Source: an uncultured Clostridia bacterium (GTDB taxonomy: Bacteria > Bacillota > Clostridia > Christensenellales > Borkfalkiaceae). From it: a stretch of DNA of 63,826 bases. The notes under the pieces are model-generated. The model saw only the letters and a program-made list of their open reading frames with translations. It was not told the DNA's origin and ran no database searches. Every line of letters begins with the position of its first letter. Position 1 is the first letter of the stretch. Position numbers and translations under genes: made by a program. The DNA lies in the NCBI GenBank assembly GCA_947627515.1, contig CANQWI010000001.1, positions 1 through 63,826 on the forward strand. The letters run 5' to 3'. This document shows positions 56,296 to 63,826 of this stretch, one piece after another.

Positions 56296-56337
56296 AGCGA
56301 CGGTAAAAAAGAGTATTTTAACAGAAGGAGTTTGGAT

Positions 56338-59300
56338 ATGAGTATAAGAAAAAAATTGATAGGCGTTCTGATCGCCTGCATGGTCGCACTCCTCGCTGTG
56401 GGCATCAGCGTGCCCTTTATGGTCGACGCCCGCGGCGAATCCACCCCCGCGGAGTTTATTATTGCGAATTTTGAGGACGACGACGGTAACGCTTATTCAG
56501 ATGATGGCTACATGCCGTGGTCATATGACATCCTTCAGGATCGCTTCAATGCCAAGGCGACAGATGCTTTCATGGACGTTGTTGAAAATTTGACGTTCAC
56601 CAAGGGCGGCACCTTCACCGCAACTTTTTCCGCAGATTTTGCGGAGTCTCGTACCGCGCTTATCGTCAAATATGACGGCGAGGAGCAAAAACGTTGGACG
56701 GGCACAGATTTTCAAAATGAAGAATTTTCCTTGACTGTGGAGGCGGGAAAAACACTGACGGTGACATTGTCTCCTTATATAGGTGGCGACACGAGCACTG
56801 CGTCGTTTTCGGTCGAGGGCTACAAGCCGCCTGTAGCGGATTATACAATGCACGAGACGTGGTTTGATACATATAACGGTTATTCGAATGATGCGTTTTA
56901 TTATGATTTGGACAGCAACACTTGGTCGGGGTACATAAAGGGAGATTATCCTTATGTTACAATGTCGTTGACAGACATCTCCGAGGCAGGACTTATCAAT
57001 TTTAATTTGAATGGTGAGTTCGAACGCAGCGCGAAGTTGATAATCAGCGCGGCAAAGGGGAGCGAGGCCATTCCTCTCTATACGCTGAACTATGGTTTTA
57101 ACTATCGTGAGATTGACTTCAATGTCACATTCGACGCTGCCATGATCCATACTTTAGACTGCGATGCGCTCGTTTTTGAATTTATCTTTGATCTTGATAG
57201 TTATTATTACTATGACGAAGAAACTGAAGAGGAAGAGTTTTATGAAGGGTATGATTACAAATCCCGTGTTGGTATTTCCGGCTTAAAGGAGCCGGAGAAA
57301 GGGGAAGTCCTCTGCATTGAAGACAGCCTCAATGAAAGCGGCCCCAATAAAGATGCTTTTGACTATGATCCCGATACGGGGGAATATATTTGCAATTATA
57401 ACCGTTTTGGAAGTAGTGCGTATCTGACTTTTCGGGTGATCAAGTCGGGATATATCACGATTACACTTGATCTCGATATGTACAATATAGAAGTAGATCT
57501 CTATAGCGGGTCAAAATTTTATGATGCCTTTTTATTTAATTGGTCATGGGATGAGTTTGAGACTACCTATGGCAAAGGCGAACGCATAACAGGCGAAAGA
57601 CAGGTGTCTTTCTATATGACGGAAGGGGAAGAGTTTTATTTTGGCATATGTTGGTTCGATCGCGGTTATGATACCCCCGAGGGTCAAATCACCGTCAAAG
57701 AGCTTCCCGAGGTAGCTCTTGTTTCTGCCTCTGTAAATGACGTCGAGGGCGGCAGCATTCAGTTGAACGAGGATGAACTGAGCGAAGGATTTACGGATCA
57801 ACATTGCAGTACTCAAGAACCCGTTACGCTCACGGCGATCCCCAATGATGAATACGAGTTCCTCTATTGGTACGACGTGACCAACGGCGAGATTGTCAGT
57901 GAGGAGGAAACCTTTACAGTCAAGCACCCGAATGCCGAGCTGGAATATGTCGCCTATTTCGGTTATCATGGCGTTTTGGAGACGCTGAATCCCGATACGG
58001 AAGTGGAATATTGGGAAAAGAGCGGCTCGGGCGAAGAGGCTGTCTATTCGGTCGATATTGTGAAAAAAGCTTCCACGACGAAATGGACGGCCACTATGAC
58101 CTTTGAATTTGAGGGGGAAAAATGGATCCAATTCGAATACGCCTATTTGACGAATAGTTGGAAGAACATATTCAGCGTTTTGGTGGATGACGTAGAACAG
58201 GTAAAAGATACTTCTTATCCCTTATCCTCGTCGTCCAAAGACAAAGACGAGAGTTTTAAGCCGACTACAGTCCATGCCATGGGAGATGGCTACCATAAAG
58301 TAACTTTCCAGTTATATTTAGATACATATACTCTTTCATCAACATATACATATTTCTGCGAAGTCAAGAACCTGCGCTTCAGCACAAGTGAGGACGCAGA
58401 CGCCGTTATACATTATACGTTGGAATATGACGATCGCTTGGGCGAGGTCTACCTTGAAGAGCAGCTTGTTACCTCCGGGCAACAATTGAGTGCCATGGAG
58501 GGCTACTACGGGCATTTCGAATTCAAGGCGAAGGAGAAGGTCCAATCGACCGCCGATCCTACCCGTCAGACAAGCGCCGTGTTCGGCTATTTGAGAAGCG
58601 GCGACGACAAGTACATGGTGGGCACCGGGAACAGGGGGAAACAATCGGCCACCGCGACCGTCAAATTCACTTCGACGGGCATCAGCAACGGCGAATACGA
58701 ATCCACTAACCACAATCTCAAGGTGGAATTCCAGGAGGTGCTGCTTCCCATCACTGAGCTCTCTCTCACCAAGACGATAGCGGGGCAGGATGAGGAAAGC
58801 GGAATTAAAATCGAAGACGGGAACGAGATCCATATTCCCTTTGCGACGGCGAATACGCTTGCCTTCACATTCATGCAATTCAAGCCCGCATCGGACGACA
58901 TCGAAGTGAAATATACCGTCAAAGTGAACGGCACAACCAAAGCCTCCGATGCCATGGAAGGCGATACGGGCGATATCGTCGGCGATACGCGCGGGTTTGC
59001 TCTCGAAAATGTCGCAATCGATACAAAAGTGGTCATTTCGACCTATATCAAGGGCTATTACACCGAGCCGACGCTCACATTTAATATCATCATCGACGAG
59101 CCCGGGACCGACGCGGAGATCGCCGGGATGAACAACCTCAAGACAGCGGACAGCGAGCCCTTTACGCTCTCGCATGATAAAGTAAATCAATGGCAGTTTG
59201 CGCCCGAGCATTCCACACCCGAGACCTTTGTCTATAAGGCGTTTACGGGTAACAATTCCGTCTCGCAAATCCAATTCACGTTTGACAAAGCGGGTTCGAT

Positions 59301-62300
59301 CACCTTTGAAGTGCATTTATACGGCAGGTTCTTCAAGGATTCGCAGAGTGACGAGGTCCGCTACAGCAGACTTCTCTACAGCTTCAAGGATTGGATCCCC
59401 ACAGACGAAAAGACGCCCGGCTTTAAACAATATATCTATGGCAGAGATGTCAACACCTACATCAGAAACGGAACATTTACACAACTCGCTGCGGGAAACG
59501 ATTCCGAATATAATGTCCATGTAACTCCGTCTTACAACGCACAATACGTCACCGTACTTGACGACGGCTGGCTGAGGTGTCAAGTCCCTGTCTCGGGGGC
59601 AGGCAATATGTGGCTTGCCTTCTGCGCGGATTCGGCGAGCGAGCACTGCTACATCCGAAATATCGGGTTCTATTCGGGTGCCTCGACTGTCACATTTGAG
59701 GTCAAGGATTACGACAACAAGGTCTCAGGGACATCGATCACCGCAACAAGCGGCTCAAAAACCGTTAATAACAATGATAGTGTGACAATGGGCGACCTTG
59801 TCACGCTCAAGCTCAACGGGCTGACCTCTTCCTATCAGTTCTACGGCTGGGTCATGAACGACAAGCTGATGTCCACCGCCACGACATGGTCCTTTACCGC
59901 CAGCAAGAACAACGCACCCATCTACGCATGGGTCGCCCCCAAGGAGACCTACCTCGCTCGCAATGAGGGCAAGTTCTATGCGACCGTGGAGGCGGCTTGC
60001 GAGGATGCCAAGGCCGACGAAACGGTCTACATCATCAAGAACGGCGGCACGATTACGCGGAGCTTCACCATCCCCGCTAAGGTCAATCTCATCCTGCCGA
60101 TGAACGCTTCGGGCAGCTACTATGCGCAGGGCGGCAAGACCTCTCAGATGGCATGGTACGGCGCGAATGAGAACACGTACAAATACCGCACGCTCACCAT
60201 CGCAGAGAACGTGAAGATCACAGTGCTTGGCAACTTCTACATCGGCGGCACTCTGCACCGCAGTGACCGCTCCGCACAGGCGCACACCTCGGGCGCGTAT
60301 TCGCATCTTGTGAATAACGGCACAATCGAGGTGAAAGACGGCGGCGTCATGGACGTTTACGGACGTGTCACCGGGAAAGGCGAGATCGATGTCCTCTCGG
60401 GTGGGTATCTCTATCAACCTTTCCTCATTCTCGACTACGCGGGTGGCTCGAACACGCAGGACCTTTTCAACAAGCATCAGGTCCCGTTCAAACGCTACGC
60501 CATGATCAACATCGAATGCACCTATACAATTCATTATGGCGGCATTCTCTACGGCCACGCGAGCCTTTACTTCTGGAGCAGCATCCACACGATGGATGAG
60601 CCATTCATCTCCTATCCCACTGCCAATTACAGCGACAGAGGCGCGATCCTCCTTTTGACAAAAGAGGGCTCCTACGCAAGAATGGAGTATGACGCCGAGA
60701 AGGTGATCCCCACTATCCACAACCCGCTTGCGGAGACGGTCGGCACGGCTGAGTGCTGGGGCACGGAGAGCGTCGGCCTCACGAAAATGACTCTCAGCGG
60801 CGGTGCGCAGCTGAATTACATGGAGTTCCCGCTCGGTATCAACACCGCGGAGGTCGCCTTTGCCATTCCCTACAACTTTGCCGTCACGCTGAAAAACGGC
60901 GCCTTTGACATCAACTATGCCTACAAGCTCATGCCGGGCGCGATTTTGAGGGTAAATCAGGGCGCGACCCTGAATCTCAACAGCGATTTCTACGTCTATG
61001 ACGGTATCATCCAGCACTCCATGAGCGGCGGCATTTACCCGCAGGTGAATGACCTCACGTCCGCGGGCTATTCCGCGACCGCAAATCTTATCGTCGACGG
61101 CACGCTGAATATCGGTATGAAAGGGGCGAGCGTGACCTTCCTCGGCGTCATTCAGACCACAGGCACGGGCGAAATCAACATCGGCGATAACGTCACCCTG
61201 AGCGGCACAATTGTAGACGGCGGCCGCGGCACCTATGACTGCAACTACGCGACCTTCAACTCGAGTGCGCGCGTTTGGGATGCGGTCAATGGGGTGCTTG
61301 CTCAGCTCGAGGCCGGCCACAGCTACACAGCAACGGGCAATGCAACCTTTGACCTTCCCGCGCTCTCCATCTCCTTTGAGGCAGGCACCCATACAAGCGG
61401 GGATGCGCATAAGGATCTGAAAACGGTGGAGCTTCCCGCCGTCTCGAATCTCACAGGCAGCTGGAAAATTGTTCACGAGACGCATGTATTTGAGGGGTGG
61501 GATGCGTATAACCCCACGGCCGAGAACCGTATCATAGAGGCCGGCGGCACCTGCACGGCGCTTGGGTGCAACGAGACGGAGACCTCGTACCTTCTCTACA
61601 CGCCTACCTCGCTCGGTGCACTCACCTTCCGCAATGAAGCCTTTACGAGCGGGGACGTCGTTGAGCTCTTTAAGACATACTTTAAAGGCCTCAATGAGAC
61701 TGTCAAAGTCACCGCCAAGCTTAACGCAGACACTCCCAAAAACGCAGGGGAGTACAACGTCACGATCACGCTGGAGGGTGCGTACTTTAAGACAGGGGAG
61801 AGCTACGCGAAGGAGTCCACCTTCAGCTGGACAATTTCTCCTGCCGCAATAGATTCTCTTGAAATCGTCGGAAAGTACATATATAACGGCACTGCGCAGA
61901 CTCCCACGGTCACTGTCAAAGCGGGCGGGCTCACTCTTGGAGACGGGGATTACGCGCTCACCGCAACAGACAACACAAACGCAGGTCAGGCCTCCGTCAC
62001 AGTCACTGCAAACAAGGGTAACTACACGGGTACCCTTACAGAGACCTTCACAATTGCCCGCAAGTCCATCACGGTCACGCTGAAGGAGCAGACTGCAGAA
62101 TACAGCGGCAAGACTCCCGCAGTTTCCTCCGCAAACGGCACCGCCTGGACGGCGGAGAGCTTGGAAGGGGAGGACACCTATGAAGATCTTCAGATCACGC
62201 TCTCCATTGCAGAGGGTGTCAAGGATGCAGCCAAGTACGAGATCAGCGGCACCTGCGGGAATGAGAATTATGATGTAGAATTCACAGAGGCATACTTCAC

Positions 62301-63826
62301 GATCACGCCGAAGAAGATCACGGTGCAGGCCACGGGCGGCACATCCATTTACGGAGAATCCGTCCCCGCTCCCACAGACTGGACAATTGCAGACGGTGAG
62401 CTTGTAGAGGGGGACGATAAGAGCCTTCTCACCGTCACGCTCAGCTGGAAAGACGGCGTTACTCCCAAGAATGCGGGAGACTATACCATCACAGGCACAG
62501 GCACTGCGAAAAACTACGAGATCACGGTAAAGGACGGAACCTACACCATCACCAAGAAGTCCATCACGGTCACGGCCGAGGACAAGAACTCCACATACGG
62601 AGAATCTCTTCTCCCGCTCACCTGGACCATTGCAGACGGTGAGCTTGTGGAGGGGGACGATAAGGGCGTTCTCACCGTCATCCTGCAGCGCAGCAGCTCC
62701 TCCTTGAATGCAGACACCTATACCATCACAGGTACAGGCGAAGCAGAAAACTACGAGATCACGGTAAAGGACGGAACCTACACCATCAAGGCGAAGTCCA
62801 TCACCATTACGCTCAAGAATCAGCAGGTGACATACAACGGCAACGAGCAGCATGCATCGAGTGTGGAAGAATTTTGGTCTGTAGAGGATGCGCTTGCCTA
62901 TGAGGACAAAGCGTCGGATCTTAATATCACGCTTTCGGCTTCGGGCACAAATCAAGGCAGCTACGCCATTGAAGGCACCATCGCCAACAATAACTATACG
63001 GCAAACTTCACTCAAGCATTCCTCGTGATCGATCCGCTCTCTATTGAGACAGGGAAGGTCAGCGGCATTCCCGAGAGCGGTGTGGTATACAATGGGGAGG
63101 ATCAAACCCTTGCCCTCACAGTGGAGGTAGACGGCCTTAGCGCAACCTTTAGCGCAGACTATCAAGACAACCGTAACGCAGGTCAAACCACCGTCACGCT
63201 CACGGGCACGGGCAACTTTGAAGGCAAGCTCGAGAGGACCTTTGAAATCACCAAAAAGAGCATCACCGTCACCATTGAGGACCGGTCCAAGACCTATGAC
63301 GGGAAGGACGGCGTTCTGGACGGGGACGCATGGACCTATCCCGAGGACGCTCTGTGCGGAGGTGACACCAAGGAGGACCTCAAGGTCACGCTCTCTGCAG
63401 AGCTCGGCAAGGATGCGGGCAGCTACAATATCACGGGCAACAGCAATTCCGCAAACTACGCCGTGACCTTCCTTGGGAAAGACGGGCAGGACCATGGCGT
63501 CTACACCGTCAACAAGGCGGAAGCGACGCTCAGGATCGATCCCGTGACGCGGCAATACGGCGAGGAGAATGAGCTCACCTTCTCGGTAGAAGGGCTTATC
63601 GACGGTGAAAGCATCAATAGCGCGATCACGCTCGAAGCAACCGCAGACCAATGGAGCAATGTCGGGGAGTATGAGATCACGGCAGTAATCAACGAAAAGG
63701 ATGCGGTCGCGAAGAATTACAATGTCCATTGGGAGAAGGCCACGCTCAAGGTCACGGAGCGGGAGATCACCGTCACGCTCGGTGAACAGACCGCACCCTA
63801 TTCAGGCGGAACACCCTCTGTCAACA
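56338..63826 (+). CDS. giant surface adhesin, 3'-partial (more than 2496 codons): N-terminal signal/anchor, novel N-terminal modules, beta-helix-like region, tandem MBG-type repeats
   Basis: This frame was translated by hand at many points (57121-57600, 58081-58380, 59281-59800, 62340-62820, 63781-63826) and showed no stop. N-terminus MSIRKKLIGVLIACMVALLAVGISVPF. The C-terminal part has repeated ..YNGTAQTP.., ..KKSITVTAEDKNSTYGE.. and ..NAGDYTITGTG..NYEITVKDGTYTI.. (MBG-like). It is not in the track because it has no stop inside the window. Confidence 0.85.
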   Translation, partial: MSIRKKLIGVLIACMVALLAVGISVPFMVDARGESTPAEFIIANFEDDDGNAYSDDGYMPWSYDILQDRFNAKATDAFMDVVENLTFTKGGTFTATFSADFAESRTALIVKYDGEEQKRWTGTDFQNEEFSLTVEAGKTLTVTLSPYIGGDTSTASFSVEGYKPPVADYTMHETWFDTYNGYSNDAFYYDLDSNTWSGYIKGDYPYVTMSLTDISEAGLINFNLNGEFERSAKLIISAAKGSEAIPLYTLNYGFNYREIDFNVTFDAAMIHTLDCDALVFEFIFDLDSYYYYDEETEEEEFYEGYDYKSRVGISGLKEPEKGEVLCIEDSLNESGPNKDAFDYDPDTGEYICNYNRFGSSAYLTFRVIKSGYITITLDLDMYNIEVDLYSGSKFYDAFLFNWSWDEFETTYGKGERITGERQVSFYMTEGEEFYFGICWFDRGYDTPEGQITVKELPEVALVSASVNDVEGGSIQLNEDELSEGFTDQHCSTQEPVTLTAIPNDEYEFLYWYDVTNGEIVSEEETFTVKHPNAELEYVAYFGYHGVLETLNPDTEVEYWEKSGSGEEAVYSVDIVKKASTTKWTATMTFEFEGEKWIQFEYAYLTNSWKNIFSVLVDDVEQVKDTSYPLSSSSKDKDESFKPTTVHAMGDGYHKVTFQLYLDTYTLSSTYTYFCEVKNLRFSTSEDADAVIHYTLEYDDRLGEVYLEEQLVTSGQQLSAMEGYYGHFEFKAKEKVQSTADPTRQTSAVFGYLRSGDDKYMVGTGNRGKQSATATVKFTSTGISNGEYESTNHNLKVEFQEVLLPITELSLTKTIAGQDEESGIKIEDGNEIHIPFATANTLAFTFMQFKPASDDIEVKYTVKVNGTTKASDAMEGDTGDIVGDTRGFALENVAIDTKVVISTYIKGYYTEPTLTFNIIIDEPGTDAEIAGMNNLKTADSEPFTLSHDKVNQWQFAPEHSTPETFVYKAFTGNNSVSQIQFTFDKAGSITFEVHLYGRFFKDSQSDEVRYSRLLYSFKDWIPTDEKTPGFKQYIYGRDVNTYIRNGTFTQLAAGNDSEYNVHVTPSYNAQYVTVLDDGWLRCQVPVSGAGNMWLAFCADSASEHCYIRNIGFYSGASTVTFEVKDYDNKVSGTSITATSGSKTVNNNDSVTMGDLVTLKLNGLTSSYQFYGWVMNDKLMSTATTWSFTASKNNAPIYAWVAPKETYLARNEGKFYATVEAACEDAKADETVYIIKNGGTITRSFTIPAKVNLILPMNASGSYYAQGGKTSQMAWYGANENTYKYRTLTIAENVKITVLGNFYIGGTLHRSDRSAQAHTSGAYSHLVNNGTIEVKDGGVMDVYGRVTGKGEIDVLSGGYLYQPFLILDYAGGSNTQDLFNKHQVPFKRYAMINIECTYTIHYGGILYGHASLYFWSSIHTMDEPFISYPTANYSDRGAILLLTKEGSYARMEYDAEKVIPTIHNPLAETVGTAECWGTESVGLTKMTLSGGAQLNYMEFPLGINTAEVAFAIPYNFAVTLKNGAFDINYAYKLMPGAILRVNQGATLNLNSDFYVYDGIIQHSMSGGIYPQVNDLTSAGYSATANLIVDGTLNIGMKGASVTFLGVIQTTGTGEINIGDNVTLSGTIVDGGRGTYDCNYATFNSSARVWDAVNGVLAQLEAGHSYTATGNATFDLPALSISFEAGTHTSGDAHKDLKTVELPAVSNLTGSWKIVHETHVFEGWDAYNPTAENRIIEAGGTCTALGCNETETSYLLYTPTSLGALTFRNEAFTSGDVVELFKTYFKGLNETVKVTAKLNADTPKNAGEYNVTITLEGAYFKTGESYAKESTFSWTISPAAIDSLEIVGKYIYNGTAQTPTVTVKAGGLTLGDGDYALTATDNTNAGQASVTVTANKGNYTGTLTETFTIARKSITVTLKEQTAEYSGKTPAVSSANGTAWTAESLEGEDTYEDLQITLSIAEGVKDAAKYEISGTCGNENYDVEFTEAYFTITPKKITVQATGGTSIYGESVPAPTDWTIADGELVEGDDKSLLTVTLSWKDGVTPKNAGDYTITGTGTAKNYEITVKDGTYTITKKSITVTAEDKNSTYGESLLPLTWTIADGELVEGDDKGVLTVILQRSSSSLNADTYTITGTGEAENYEITVKDGTYTIKAKSITITLKNQQVTYNGNEQHASSVEEFWSVEDALAYEDKASDLNITLSASGTNQGSYAIEGTIANNNYTANFTQAFLVIDPLSIETGKVSGIPESGVVYNGEDQTLALTVEVDGLSATFSADYQDNRNAGQTTVTLTGTGNFEGKLERTFEITKKSITVTIEDRSKTYDGKDGVLDGDAWTYPEDALCGGDTKEDLKVTLSAELGKDAGSYNITGNSNSANYAVTFLGKDGQDHGVYTVNKAEATLRIDPVTRQYGEENELTFSVEGLIDGESINSAITLEATADQWSNVGEYEITAVINEKDAVAKNYNVHWEKATLKVTEREITVTLGEQTAPYSGGTPSVN

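Noticed and set aside
59755-63729. 1324-aa minus-strand ORF, together with 56521-57150, 57544-58131 and 58339-59316
   Set aside because: These are antisense shadows of the giant plus-strand adhesin ORF from 56338. That ORF has a consensus promoter and RBS, a signal sequence and MBG-type repeats.

Overview
This is a high-GC, Gram-positive (Clostridia-like) chromosomal segment. That call rests on AGGAGG-type ribosome binding sites (RBS), lipoprotein lipoboxes and gene content. All family names come from reading motifs by eye; no homology search was run.

Gene order, left to right:
- A hypothetical gene and a LemA-like gene.
- A short-chain dehydrogenase (SDR) gene overlapping a VUT/YhhQ-type queuosine-precursor transporter, which sits behind a preQ1-I-like riboswitch.
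- A 2150-aa LRR / InlB-B-repeat surface protein.
- A lipoprotein, then a small membrane protein coupled to guaB-guaA.
- A GT2-TPR glycosyltransferase.
- A roughly 17-kb glycan-utilisation locus (16.4-33.3 kb). It holds a MalF-like permease with a large N-terminal ectodomain, a MalG-like permease, a large solute-binding lipoprotein, two tandem hydrolase-like lipoproteins, an X2/lectin-like surface protein, and two tandem Big_2 + TIM-barrel-like surface enzymes. One of these enzymes is frameshifted.
- A DeoR regulator with rhaB-rhaA-rhaD.
- A 1395-aa Ig-repeat surface protein.
- Two cytoplasmic rhamnosidase-like enzymes (GH106-like and GH78-like) and an SGNH esterase lipoprotein.
- From about 48.6 kb the sequence becomes visibly more AT-rich. 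This stretch carries a DUF2779 nuclease-like gene, a wHTH-WYL regulator and four orphan genes.
- From 56338 a surface adhesin ORF of more than 2496 codons runs off the window end. It is absent from the supplied ORF track.

Observations I rate highest:
1. Four surface proteins share a C-terminal tail of G-C-G-[SG]-[VI]-I-G-G, then a TM helix, then a basic cluster. It looks like a dedicated sorting signal, and no processing enzyme is in the window.
2. The rhamnose-linked glycan locus is built largely from two uncharacterised paralogous enzyme pairs and an unusual permease fusion.
3. The WYL/DUF2779 orphan-gene island.
4. Three intergenic clusters of mosaic REP-like repeats, including a hairpin family with compensatory stem changes.

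The many long antisense ORFs in the track are shadow ORFs of high-GC genes.
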